Below, piece after piece: positions 25,301-38,449 of a DNA stretch of 64,000 bases. Numbering within the stretch: the first letter of the stretch is position 1; every line of letters begins with the position of its first letter. The notes beneath the pieces were generated by a model. The model saw only the letters and a program-made list of their open reading frames with translations. It had not been told where the DNA came from and ran no database searches. Origin of the DNA: Mobula birostris (lineage: Eukaryota); NCBI RefSeq assembly GCF_030028105.1, contig NC_092379.1:20871309-20935308 (forward strand), read 5' to 3'. The translations under genes and the position numbers were made by a program.

Positions 25301-27440
25301 TATTTACTGGTCCATAGTTCCCAGAATTTTCCCTCATTCCCTTATTAAATAAAGGTACATCATTTGCCACTCGCCAGTCTTCTGGGACCTCACCTGTGGT
25401 GAGAGAGGACACAAAGATTCTGGTCAAGGGCCCAGCAAGCTCACCTTTTGCATCCTTCAAAAACCTGGAGTAAATCCCATCTGGCCCTGAGGACTTATTC
25501 ATCTTAATCCTGATCAGGAGGCCCAACACTTTCTCCTCCTTGACCTCTAAGTGCCCTAATGTATTTATATACTCAGCACTGATCTCCTGGTCCTCTATAT
25601 CCTTTTCCTTGGTAAATACTGAACCAAAGTACTCACTTGGCACCTCACTCATATTCTCTGCATTCAAGCAACAGTTCCCCACCCTTATCCTTGAGTGGTC
25701 CAACCCTCTCCTGAGTTATCGTCTTACTCTTGGTGTCTGTATAAAATGCCTTGAGATTCACCTTAATCCCACTTGCAAAAGACTTTCCATGGCCCTTCCT
25801 GGCTTTCCTTATTCCCTTTAATTCCTTTCTGCTTTCTTTATAATCCTCATGTGCTTCATTTGATTTGAACTTCTGAAGCTTCACATACTTTTTCTTTTTC
25901 TTCTTGACTCAATTCATCACCTCTCTGGATATCCAAGGTTCTCTTATATTTCCATCCCTATCCTGCCTTCCAACAGGTACATACCTTTCCCGTACTCGGT
26001 GCAATTGCTCTTTAAACACGTTACACTCTTTAAGAAGGGAGGAAGGCAAAAGAAAGGAAATTATAGGCTAGTTAGCCAAAACTCAGTGATTCAGAAAGTG
26101 TTGGAGTCTCTTATTAAGGATGAGGTTTTGGTGTATTTGGAGACGAATGATAACATAAGTCAAAGTCAGCGTAGTTTCTGCAATGGGAAATCTTGCCTGA
26201 CAAATCTGTTAGAGTTCTTCGAGAAAATAACAAGCAGGGTGAACAAAGGAGAGGCAGTGAATACTACTTACTTGGATTTTGAAAAGTCATTTGATAAGGA
26301 GCAACACATGAGGCTGTTTTTTACAAGATAAAATTGAATGGTGTTACAGGAGAGATATTGGCATGGACAGAGGAATGACTGACAGGTAGGAGGCAGCAAG
26401 TGGGAATAAAAAGGCCCTTCTCTAGTTGGTTGCCATTGACTAGTGATGTTCCTCAGTATTGAGACCGCTACTTTTCACATTATTTGGTTATGATTCAGAT
26501 AATGGAATTAATGGCTTTGTGGCTAAGTTTGCAGATGATAAGAAGATAGGTGCAGGGGTAGGTAGTGCCGATGAAGCAATACAATTGCAGTACGACAGAT
26601 AAATTGGAAGAATGTTCAAAAAGTAGCAGATGGATTACAACCTTGGGAAATACATGATAATACATTTTGGTAAATCGAACAATAGTGCGGACTATTATCT
26701 AAATGGGGAGAAGATTCAAACAACAGAAGTGCAAAGGGACTTAGGAGTCCTCGTAAGACTCCCAGAAGATTAATTCACAGGCTGAGTCTGTGGTAAAGAA
26801 GGCAAATGCAATATTAGCACATATTTCAAGGGGAATAGAATATAAAAGCAAGGAGATAATGCTGAGAATTTATAAGACACTGATCAGGTCGCACTTGAAG
26901 TATTGTCAACAGTTTTGGGCCCCTTATCTCAGGAAGGGTGTGTTGGAGAGAGTCACGAGGATGATTCCAGAAATGAAGGGGTTAACATATGAGGAGCGTT
27001 TGGCAGCTTTGGGCTTGTACTCACTTGAATTTAGAAGAATGCGGGCAGATCTCATTGAAACCTACTGAATGTTGAAGGGACGAGATAGTGTCAATGTGGA
27101 GAGGATGTTTCCTATGGTGGGAGCATGCAGAACAAGAGGGCACAGCCTCAAATTTGAGGGGCGAACTTTTAGAACAGCGGTAAGGAGGATTTTTTTTAGC
27201 CTGGGAGTAGTGAAGCTGTGGAATGCTCTGTCACAGCCTGCAGTGGAGGCTAATTCCTTGGGTATTTTTAAATCAGAAGTTGATAGTTTCCTGATCAGTC
27301 AGGGCATCTAAGGATATGGTGAGAAGGCAGCTGTATGGGGTTGAGTGGAATCCAGGATCAGCCATGATGGAATGGCAGGGCAGCCTTGATGGGCTGAATA
27401 GCCTAATACTGCCCCTGTCTCACGGTCTTATGTCTGATGT
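22335..27440. mobile_element. Mosaic of CR1 LINE fragments (about 22335-23900 minus, 23910-25985 minus, 25985-27440 plus)
   Basis: Repeated CR1 ORF2 motifs (SGPDGIY..LKD, NYGPVNITS, CLTNLIEFF, MDFRKAFDKVPH) and separate 3' tails. Confidence 0.88.
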
Positions 27441-28721
27441 GGACTTGACAGAGTACAGGTGTTCTTAATTAGCACTTCGTAGTTCCTGCCTAATGCCCTT
27501 GTAAATTGCCCTGTGTCAATTTAAATCTCTTCCACAAGGACCATACCTATCCTTGTCGATAGCTATCCTGAAAGTTAATGATTTGTGGTCATGATTCCCG
27601 AACTGTTCACCCACTGAAAGGTCAGTCACCTGGCCAGGCTCATTCCCCAAAACAGGAACAGTATAGCCCCTCCTTTCAATGGACCATGCACATACTGATT
27701 TAAGAAACTTACTTAACAAATTCAAACCCATCTGAACCCCTTACACTAAGAAGCCTCCCCAGTTTATATTAGGAAAGTTGAAATCCCCCATGACACCAAC
27801 CCTATTATTTTTAAACTTCTCTTTAATCTGATTACATATCTGTTCCTCAATGTCCCAGTGGCTATAGGGGGTTCGTAGTATAATCCCATCAGTGTGATTG
27901 CATCCTGTCTATTCCTGAATTTCTCTCAAATCGACTCAATTCCTGACCCCTCCAATATGTCTCCTCTGAATGCAGTTGTGATATTGTCCCTGATCAGGAC
28001 TGCAACTCCCCCCACCATTACCTACTCCTCTATCTTTTCTAAAACTCCAAAAACCTGGCACATTAATCACTCATTCCTGCCGCTCTCTCAACCAAGTTTC
28101 AGTAATGTCTACGACATCGTAGTTCCATGTACTGATCCATGCTCTAATTTCATCATCCTTACCCATAATAGTCCCAGCATTAAAATATACACACTTCCAA
28201 ATATCTGACACATTCTACCTGTTATTTAAATTTTGCCTTTCAATACTATCCCAGACATCTAACTTCTGGTCAGATCCATCCCCTACTGATCCGGGGCTCT
28301 GGTTCTTAGTCCCCTGAAAAACTAGTTTAATCTCTCCCAAGCAGCATTAGCAAAGCTCAAATCCAGGACATTGGCTCCCCGACCCCCCAGAACAGGTGCA
28401 ACCCATCCCAATCTTCCTGCATATTGAAATTCCTGAAGACAGTTTTAACATTGCATTTTTGACATGTATTTTCTATCTCCCATTGTAATTTGTAGACCAC
28501 ATCTTTGCTATTCTGTTCACAGGTCTGTATATAACTCCCATCAGGGTCTTTCACCCTTGCAGAATGATTTGACACTTTCTGAGAGCCACATCACACTCAC
28601 TGCCTACCTGCCTGTCCTTTCAATACAATGTGTATCCTTGGACATTAAGCTCACATCTATCCGCAAACACGAGGAAATCTTCAGATGCTGGAATTTCAAG
28701 CAACACACATAAAAGTTGCTT

Positions 28722-30174
28722 AGTCATAGTCATAGTGATACTTTATTAATCCCGGGGGAAATTGGTTTTCATTACAGTTGCTCCATAAATAATAAATAGT
28801 AATAGAACCATAAATAGTTAAATAGTAATATGTAAATTATGCCAGTAAATTATGAAATAAGTCCAGGATCAGCCTAGTGGCTCAGGATGTCTGACCCTCC
28901 AAGGGAGGAGTAGTAAAGTTTGATGGCCACAGGCAGGAATGACTTCCTATGATGCTCTGTGCTGCATCTCGGAGGAATGAGTCTCTGGCTGAATGTACTC
29001 CTGTGCCCACCCAATACATTATGTAGTGGATGGGAGACATTGACCAAGATGGCATGCAACTTAGACAGCATCCTCTTTTCAGACACCATCGGGAGAGTCC
29101 AGTTCCATCCCCACAACATCACTGGCCTTACGAATGAGTTTGTTGATTCTGTTGGTGTCTACTACCCTCAGCCTGCTGCCCCAGCACACAACAGCAAACA
29201 TGATAGCAGTGGCCACCACAGACTTGTGGAACATCCTCAGCATCGTCCGGCAGATGTTAAAGGACCTCAGTCTCCTCAGGAAATAGAGACGGCTCTGGCC
29301 CTTCTTGTAGACAGCCTCAGTGTTCTTTGACCAGTCCAGTTTATTGTCAATTCGTATCCCCAGGTATTTGTAATCCTCCACCATGTCCACACTGACCCCC
29401 TGGATGGAAACAGGGGTCACCGGTACCTTAGCTCTCCTCAGGTCTACCACTAGCTCTTTAGTCTTTTTCACATTAAGCTGCAGATAATTCTGCTCACACC
29501 ATGTGACAAAGTTTCCTACCGTAGCCCTGTACTCAACCTTATCTCCCTTGCTGCTGCATCCAACTATGGCAGAGTCATCGGAAAACGTCTGAAGATGACA
29601 AGACTCTGTGCAGTAGTTGAAGTCCGAGGTATAAATGGTGAAGAGAAAGGGAGACAAGACAGTCCCCTGTGGAGCCCCAGTGCTGCTGATCACTCTGTCG
29701 GACACACATTGTTGCAAGCACATGTACTGTGGTCTGCCAGTCAGGTAATCAAGAATCCATGATACCAGGGAAGCATCCACCTGCATCGCTGTCAGCTTCT
29801 CCCCTGGCAGAGCAGGGCAGATGGTGTTGAACACACTGGAGAAGTCAAAAAACATGACCCTCACAGTGCTCGCTGGCTTATCCAGTTGGGCGTAGACACG
29901 GTTCAGCAGGAAGACGATGGCATCCTCAACTCCTAGTCGGGGCTGGTAGGCGAACTGGAGGGGATCTAAGTGTGGCCTGACCATCAGCCTGAGCAGCTCC
30001 AGAACAAGTCTCTCCAGGGTCTTCATGATGTGGGAGGTCAATGCCACCGGTCTGTAGTCATTGAGGCCACTGGGGCGCGGCGTCTTCAGCACAGGGACGA
30101 GGCAGGGGACGTCTTCCACAATACAGGAACCCTCCGGAGCCTCAGGCTCAGGTTCAATACATGGCGAAGTATAC
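28722..30174 (-). mobile_element. Rex1 LINE, 5'-truncated, with a long open RT segment
   Basis: ORF 29079-30176 with DYRPVALTSHIMKTLER, FFDFSSVFNTI, GAPQGTVLSPFLF and FSDD; (gactat)n tail at about 28722. Confidence 0.92.
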
Positions 30175-30815
30175 ATGCTTGTGAATGTAGCAGCCCAGGC
30201 AGCATCTCAAGGAAGAGGTACAGTTGAGGTTTCGGGCCGAAATCCTTCATCAGGAGTAACTGAAAGAAGAGCTAGTAAGAGATTTGAAAGTGGGAGTGGG
30301 AGTGGGAGATCCAAAATGATCGAAGAAGACAGGAGGGGGAGGGATGGAGCCAAGAGCTGGACAGTTGATTGGCAAAAGGGATATGAGAGGATAATAGGAC
30401 TGAAGGCCTAGGGAGAAAGAAAAGGGGGAAGGGGTATAGTGAGGGGAACAGAGGTAGAAAAAGGAGAGAGAGAAAAAGAATGTGTGCATATAAATAAATA
30501 ACGGATGGGGTATGAGGGGAATGAACATTGACTTCTCAAACTTCAGCTAATGCCCCACCTCCCCCTCGAACCCCATCTGTTTTTCACTCTCTCCTTTTTC
30601 TCCCTCTGTCCCCCTCACTGTACTCCTTGTCCATCCTTTGGGTATTCCCCCCTACCTTTTCTTTCTCCCTAGGCCTCCTGTCCCATGATCCTCTTGTATC
30701 CCTTTTGCCAATCAACTGTCCAGCCCTTGGCTCCATTCCTCCCCCTCCTGTCTTCTCCAATCATTTTGGATCTCCCCCTCCCACATTCAAATCTCTTACT
30801 AGCTCCTCTTTCAGT

Positions 30816-30853
30816 TAGTCCTGACGAAGGATCTCGGCCCGAAACGTCGACTG
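30816..30853 (+). ncRNA. Minimal type I hammerhead ribozyme motif (best-preserved copy)
   Basis: Stem I TAGTC/GACTG; CTGACGA (30821); short stem II; GAAA (30841); ACGT palindrome; GTC cleavage triplet ending at 30848. Confidence 0.65.
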
Positions 30854-31559
30854 TACCTCTTCCTTGAGATGTTGCCCGGCCTGCTGTGTTCACCAGCAAC
30901 TTTTATGTGTGCAGCTCACATCTATAATCTTCTTTCAGCTACCATTCACTGATGCCCACAATGTCATACATGTCAATCCGTTGTCTTGCTTCAAGTTCAT
31001 TGAGCTTATTCTGGACACTGTGTGCATTCAATTATAACACCTTCAGTCCTGCGTTCATCACCCTTTTTCGATTTTGTCCTCCTTTAACATTTCAACTCAT
31101 CCGATTGACTTCAATTTTGCCCTATCATCAGCTGCTGCTTGCTAGCAGTCTCACTACACACTGCCTCTGTTTGTAAACCAACAACTAGATCCTCAGCCCT
31201 ATCACTCAGTTTCCCATCCCCTGTCAAATTGGTTCAAATCCTTCTGAACAGCACAAGCAAACCTGCCCACCAAGATATTTATCCCCCTTGGATTCACATG
31301 CAAAACGTCCCTTTTGTACAAGTTGTAACTCCCCCCAGAAGAGATCCCAATGATCCAGAAATCTAAACCCCTGCCCATTGCATCAATTTCTCAGCCACGC
31401 ATTCATCTGCCAAATCATTCTATTCTTACCATTAATCTGTTGTTCTCTCAATAGAACTCTTGCTTGATTTCCTTGTTTAAGTTCACAATTATTGCCCCAA
31501 ATTCACATTCACATTCTTCCACCTTTTGTTGATGAAGACCCAGAAGATCTAACAGATCG

Positions 31560-32160
31560 ATGCAACTTCAAAGAAGGCACAACAGCTGCTATATTCCATT
31601 AGGAGCTTGAGAAGATTTGGCATATCACCTGAAACAATCAAATGGAGAGCATTCTAACTGGTTGCACCGTGGTCTGGTATGGCGGTGCAGTGGGGAGGGG
31701 CTACTACACAAGCTGCAGAGAATTGTAAACTCAGTCAGCTCCATCATGGGCACTGGCCTCCGTAGTACCCAGGACATCTTCAAGGAGTGATGCCTCAAAA
31801 AGGCCGCGTCCATCATTCGGGACCCCATCACTCAGGTTATGCCTTGTTCTCATTGCCACCATCAGGAAGGAGATTCAGCAGCCAGAAAGTTCACACTCAA
31901 CGATTCAGGGACTTCTTTCCCTCTGCCATCTGATTTCTGATTGGAAATTGAACCCGTGATCACTACCTCACTACTGTTTTATTTCTACTTTTGCACTGCT
32001 CATTTAATTACATACCTACATTTATATACACACACGCACAATAATTCACAGGTTTTTACTCTCTTATTATGCATTGCATTGTACTGTAGCCACAAAGACA
32101 ACAAATTTCATGATATATGTTGGTGATATTAAACTTGATTCTATTTCTGATTCTGACAGA
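31560..32160 (+). mobile_element. Rex1-like LINE 3' end
   Basis: Degenerate C-terminal ORF2 (gagagcattctaactggttgc...) and a (ttctga)n tail. Confidence 0.6.
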
Positions 32161-33760
32161 TCAGGAAAATATGCCAGAACACCGGCTGTTTAAAAAGGCT
32201 GATTGGGGAATGTTTGAAGAAATAAGTGATCAGGAATGACAGAATATTGAAATCAATCAGGACGTGGATCTTTTATGTGACAAGATTGTAGAAGTGATAA
32301 TGACAACGGCAACAATGAGTATACCAAGGAAATAGAATACAGCTAAAACGAAAATGATACCATGGTGGAGAAAAGACTGTGGGGAAGCAATAAGCAATAA
32401 TAGAGCATTTAGAATGGAAAAGAGGACACACAACTTTCTAAAAGTAATTGAGAATAAACATATGCAAGCAATAGTAAGAAAAACTATTTGAAAGGTGAAA
32501 GAGGAATATTGGAGTACAATTTGTGACTCCGGAGGAATACAAACACCCTTTGACAGTGATTGGAAGATGATAAAAAGAATGAATGGTGTCACCAGGACAT
32601 TGTATTATGTGATGGGGAAGGTTTGATTTCCAAACTATATGAATTAGGAATTTGAGTTCGAATGCTAAATTGGACAAAAGATTTTTAAATTGGTAGATCT
32701 ATCATGGTGTGATGAGGGAAATCAGTCAAGTAAACCAATTATGGAAAAAAGAACCCCTCAGGGAAGTGTTGTTAGTCTATTATTATTTACTGTAATGATA
32801 AATGGTATATTTTCTAATATAAATAGTGGTATTGGATTTTCATTGTGTGGATGATGGAGCTACTGGAAAAGGGGTGGGAATGTGGAATTTATGACACAGA
32901 AACTTCAAGAGTCAAAGGTTAAGTTGGAAGATTGGGCATGAAAATGGGAATTCAGATTTTCAGCAGAGAAATCAAAAATAATGTTTTTCACTAGGAAGAG
33001 GACAGAACAACACTTGGAACAAAAATTTATGGTATAGAATTAGAATATGTAGGATGTTGGTTAGATAAAAGCCTCACATGGTCAACACATATTAAAGAAA
33101 TAATAACCAAAAGTAAGAAAGTGCTAAATGTTATGAGGTGCTTAGCAGGAATGGAAAGGGGAGCTGATAGGAAATCGTTGAAAGCAATATATATAGGATT
33201 AATAAGATCAATACTGGACTATGGAAGTATGGTCTATGGATCAGCATCACACCGTGTGCTCAATAATCTGGATATAATTCAAATTCAAGCATTAAGGTTA
33301 ATCAGTGGGGCAAAAGGACAACACCAGTGGTGGCAATGCAGGTGGAGTTGGGAGAGACACCTCTGGAACTGAGAAGAACTCAGCTTGTGTTAACATATTG
33401 GGTGAACCTACAAGGGCCTGGAGAAAATCATCCAAGTAACCAGCTTCCAAATCCATGCTGGGAAAAGGAAAGAAGGAAATCAGAAGTTTTGCATGGACTA
33501 TTGAGGGAAAAGCAGAAAGGACAGGAAATAGTAATGAGGCAGCAAATGATACAATGCCTTCTCCTGAGCTGTCTCCATGACTGTGTGAAGCACCAGAGGT
33601 GGATCCTAAATTATTCAAAAAGATACAGAAAAATAGAGAAATGATCTTAAATGGTACAGTGGAATATTATGTGAATAATAATTATTATGGATATTTACAA
33701 ATGTCCACACATGCTTCAAAAATGGTAATAATCAATTAGGGGTAGGATTGGTAGTGAGAC
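32160..33760 (+). mobile_element. Nimb/I-group LINE ORF2 fragment
   Basis: MRCLAGMERGADRKSLKAIYIGLIRSILDYGSMVYGSAS resembles the I/Nimb-group post-RT region; heavily degenerate. Confidence 0.65.
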
Positions 33761-34417
33761 CAATGAGAGTTGTAATACTGTGTGGTTCAAGCACAACAGC
33801 CAGGAGTCTAAAAGATTTACATTCAGCAGAAAGACCAGATATTGTATGTGAGATAATACAAATCTTATTTTGACTTGAAATAATATTCAGAAAAAAATGA
33901 GACGGTTGGGGAATGCAGGAACGAGCAGGGGGAGGAGGTGATTACATCAAGATTGATGTTTGGGCACACAGGGTTGAAGTACATTGTTTTTAAAGAAGAA
34001 ACACAATAACTGGAGGTGTGAATATTGTAATCAACAAGATTTAATCAAGAGAGGGGATGGTGGATTTTAGAGTTATCACAAAATAAAATTCAATTTAACA
34101 TTAACAACAATTTGCAGAAAGGGTCACCAGATTATTACCTTAAATATATGGTGAAGTTCCTTAAGAACACAGGTGTTTTTATAAAATTTGATCCAAATAA
34201 AATATGGGGTCAAATATAAAAATGTGGGTCATGATATGTTGACTCACACTGTAGTTCAGAAGGTGTTGGTAATGCACCGTAAAGCTTTTTGCCAACCGCC
34301 ATAAAAACCTCAGAAACCTATCAACCTTTGAAAGGCCCAGATGGGGTTGATGTGGTGAGTATGTTTCCAAGAGCGTCACGATGTAAGTATACACAGGCCA
34401 TTCGCACCATAGGCTCT

Positions 34418-34890
34418 TTGCCGAATGAATACATAGAACGACACCAGAGAAAATGTCAGGTAGACACAGTGAACCAGACCTCCCACCTACCTGTTTCTAT
34501 CCCTGCAGCCATTGGTTAAAAGGTCTGCTGGTCCTCCCACCTGTCTTTTATCTGGTTAGAGAAACATGCCGACCGCCTGTCTCTATTGGTTGGAGGTCTG
34601 CATGTTGCCACCCTCGCTTTTTATCTCCATCGGTTTGCCTGCAGATCCGACACACGGCTTGCCTCACCATTGGTGACATTTTTTAAACTCTTGGCAGGGG
34701 TTGAATAGTGTGAAAATTTTTCAGAAAGGATCATTTGGTTCGCAAAATTAAAGTGGATGTTTCAGCAAAGCTGTAAAATTGTGAAGGGGAAAAAACTTAT
34801 GATTAAACACAGAAAACTTTGGGAACAAATGTGCAGCGGCTTTATTCCTGCGCCAAATAGTGATGTTTACTGTTCGTTGCCTTTGAAATT
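34418..34890. repeat. Second copy of the CCAAT-rich element (inverted relative to 13630-14958)
   Basis: Continuous alignment with no Penelope insertion; retains ATTGG boxes. Confidence 0.75.
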
Positions 34891-36280
34891 ATCGACCTTA
34901 CATCCTTGCTTTTATATTCTAGTCCTCTGGAAACAAATGCTAACATCACATTTGCCTTCCTCAGCACAGACTGCAAATTAACCTTTTGGGAATCCTGCAC
35001 AAGGACTTGCAAAACCCTTTGCGTCTCAGTGCTTTGTATTTTCTGTCTATTTAGAAAATAGTCAACCCTTTCATTTCTTCTACCAAAGAGCATGACCATA
35101 CACTTCCCGACATTGTATTCTATCTGCCTCTTCTTTGCCCATTCTTCTAATCTGCCTATCTTTCTGTAGCCTCTCTAATTCCTCAAAATGACCTGCCTCT
35201 CGACCTGTCTTCATATCGTCTGCAAACTTCTCAACAAAGCCATCAAGTCCAACATCCAAATCATTGTCATATAACGTAAAAAGAATCAGTCCCAGCAAAG
35301 ACCCCTGTGAAACACCACTCATCACCTGCAGCCAACCATAAAAGTCTCCTTTTATTCCCACTCTTTGCCTCCAACCAATCAGTCACTGCTTTACACATCC
35401 TGGAATTTTTCCTGTCGTACCATGGGCTCGTAGCTTGTTAAGCAGCCTCATGTGTGGCAGTTTGTTGAAGGCTTTCCGAAAATCCAAGCACACAGCATCA
35501 ACTGATTCTCCTTTGTCCATCTTGCTTTTATTCCTTCAAAGAATTCCAACAGATTTGTTGGGAAATATTTTCCGTTGAGGAAACCGTGCTAACTGCTGCC
35601 CATCTTATCATTTGTCTTCAAGTACCCTGAAACCATACCATAACAATCGATTCCAACATCTTCCTAACCACTTAAAAGTCAGACTAACTGGCTTATAATT
35701 TCCGTTCTTCTATCACTCTCCCGTCTTGAAGAGTGGAATGACATTTGTAATTTTCTAGAATTCTGGAAGCATTCCAGAATCTATTGATTCTTGAAAAATC
35801 ACAGCTAATGCCTTGACAATATCTTGAGCTACCTCTTTCTGAACACTTGTGTGTACACCATCAGGTCCAGGTGACTTACCTACCTTCAGACCTTTCAATT
35901 TCTCAAGAATCTTCTCTGTAGTAATTGTAGCTTCACACACTTCATGACCCTGATGCCTGGATCTTCTAACAGACTGCTAGTGTCTTCCTTAGTGAAGACT
36001 GATGCAAAATATTTATTCAGTTCCTCCGTCATTTCCTTGTCCCCATTACTACCTTTCCAGCATTGTTTTCCAGTGGTCCGATACACACTCTCACCTCTCT
36101 TTTACACTTTATGTATCTGAAGCAACTTTTGGTGTTCTCTTTAATATTACTGAGTAGCTCACTTTACCATTCCATCTTCTTCTTCTTACTGACTTTTGTA
36201 GCTGCCTTCTGTTGTTTTTAAATGCTTCCCAATCCTCTAACTTCCCACAAATGCCAGCTCAATGATATGCCCTCTCTTTG
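34890..36280 (-). mobile_element. CR1 LINE ORF2 fragment
   Basis: VSQGSLLGLILFTLYDNDLD..KFADDMK; GKSPGPDGVH. Confidence 0.88.
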
Positions 36281-36549
36281 GCTGTTATGTTGCCTTTGAC
36301 TTCCCTTGTTCGCCGTGGTTGTGTCATCTTGCCTTTTGAACACTTCTTCCTCTTCAAATCCCCATCTGAATCCTCAGGCAACAGCAGCGAGGCATTACAG
36401 AGGGTTATTTCCCTTCTGGGAACAGACTTCAAGGGTCAGCGTAAAGGATTCTTATCCTTTCCTTTCAACCTAGCAGCGAGATTCCATAAGCTTGGCTGCA
36501 ATTTCCCCAGACTGTTCACGTACTTGCTTGGTCTTCTCCTGAACTAGAG

Positions 36550-37959
36550 GACATGACTAGATAGTGTTTGGACTCGCAGAGTCCTATTGACTGGAAATGG
36601 CTTGTTTGTCCCTAAGGGCAGGACTTGGTCTCTAGAAGGTCTCAGGTTACCTCACACTGAAGGCTGCCCTCTTATTAGTTCTTGGTCACAGGAGAGTCTG
36701 GGTCTTGGAATACCATGGTGCAAACAAACCCTCCTACAATGACTGGACCAAGCAATGATTCTGCCATTCCTCCAGTCCACGGATTGGTTATACTGAGAGA
36801 GCCAGGGTACCGAAGGATCAGTGGTATGAGTGGAGAGTCAATAATGTAGAATCTAATGTCTTCCACATGATCCCCTATCCTCATCTGCAAATCCACAGTC
36901 TGTTGCTGGATCTTCCCGGAACCTAGTGGACGACTGTCCAAGGCAGATGCGGGCATGGGTTAGCTCAACTCTCACAGCGGTATGTCGAACTGATGGGTGG
37001 TTCTTAAATCCAGAAAATAACCCGCCGTCCCAGAGTCTAGGCAGCTCTCACCTGCCTAAGTTTTTACCCCGGGTGAACTCTGCCTTCAGCATGAACCCAG
37101 AGTCAGTTTTATTGGGAGTAGTGACTGACATCGTCACAGTCCTCCCGATACTGGACGGTCTTAGCAGTCTTGACGGTTGCAGCCTGGGACATTCGGCCCA
37201 CCAGTGACATACTTCCCCACAGTAAAAGCAGTAACCTTGACTCTGACACTGGGACCTTTCATTGGCAGAGAGTCCAGTACAACCGACCTGCATGGGTTCG
37301 ACTGGATCGTGAGCAGGTGATGGGCTGGTTATGGTCCAAGGTTGGTGGAACGGATAATGAAGGCCACCTTTCCCTTCTCTGAAAGGAACCGGGACAGCTG
37401 TAGTTCAAACATGAATGAGCATTGGCTGAGGAAGCCGTGGTAAGCACCTGAGTCACTGTCGAATTTCTCTGGGGTTGGAAGATGTGCTGGCTCCACAGAA
37501 GCACCAACTGGCTCTCCCGAGTGACCTTGGCTTCTTCCCTGAGAAAGTTGATGAACAGTTATCAGGAGGTCATGAATCTCCAGGTCTTGTCTGGAAATCC
37601 TTTCACTGTGGCTCACCACAGTGGACGAAAGATTTTGATATTCCACTGGGTCCATGTTGGCTCAATCGTACTGAGACAAGAGTCCTTGATTAGGATGGTT
37701 TGGATGCAATTGCCAGGGTAAATGAAGGAAGGTACTAGTCATGGTATCAAATTCGAGCTGAGCACAAAACTAATGCTGGATGATAGCACAAGTCAGCTTA
37801 TGATTGAGCATCAAACCTCTGTTCAGCTGTTCCTTAAATACTCAATTCTCGGCACCCAAACATGATTATCAATTAGCAAAACCATCCTGATCCCTTAAAG
37901 GGGCTGTGGCAGCTATCAGTACTCCCGGAAGCTGGTGCGGTTGGGAGTGTCTCATAACA
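36550..37959 (-). mobile_element. Sushi-like element, 5' half (5' LTR 37959-37672, PBS, gag, CCHC, protease region)
   Basis: gag MDPVEYQNL...PTPEKFDSDSGAYHGFLSQCSFMFELQ; CFYCGEVCHWWAEC knuckle; LTR homologous to 8612-8921. Confidence 0.88.
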
Positions 37960-38400
37960 AAGACTCCTGGCTGTTCATGCTCGCCATTGAGAATGCCATG
38001 GACACAACCTGTGATATCCCTGATCCTGACAGCAGGGATGCAACATACCCTCTGTGTGTCTCTATCGAGCCCACAGAACCTCGTCCTGTTCCTCTGTCTG
38101 AGGAATCTCCTATCATCACTGCATTCCTCTTCGCCTCTCTCCTCTTCTGAGCCACATCACCAGACTCAGTGCCAGAGATCCGGTCACTCTGGCTCCCCTT
38201 CAATAGTATATAAAGTTATAGATTTATTATTGAGGGGAACAGACACAGGTGTTCTCTGCACTTCTTGTACACTTGCCCTCCTTCTCCTGACAGTCACCCA
38301 GACACCGGTCTCCTGCAGCCTTGTGGTAATCTCCTCCCTGTAGCTTATGTCTATCACCTCCTCATATCTGCCACTTCTTTGACCACTCTCCTGATATTTC
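37960..38400 (-). mobile_element. CR1 ORF1 5' part, ending at the sushi LTR
   Basis: WVTVRR...PLNNK, AVMIGDS and ..EHEQPGV, stopping at the LTR TG. Confidence 0.75.
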
Positions 38401-38449
38401 TAAATATTTTTGTAACCTCTCTTTCCTCAACTTTGCCTTCCCCTCCACC

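Larger units (their letters stand above)
28661..30912. mobile_element. Penelope-like terminal inverted pair, itself interrupted by Rex1
   Basis: Inverted arm 28661-28721 plus about 30175-30525 versus direct arm about 30530-30912; same terminal sequence as 13750-14591. Confidence 0.85.
27440..31400 (-). mobile_element. CR1 5' part (endonuclease, ORF1 end), split by a Penelope insertion
   Basis: CR1 endonuclease-region sequence resumes after 30912; 13-bp TSD agctcacatctat at 28648-28660 and 30913-30925. Confidence 0.75.

Noticed and set aside
29079-30176. 365-aa RT ORF as a domesticated gene or a retron/DGR-like system
   Set aside because: It is an ordinary 5'-truncated Rex1 copy with its own 3' tail; the N-terminal residues come from a frameshifted upstream segment.
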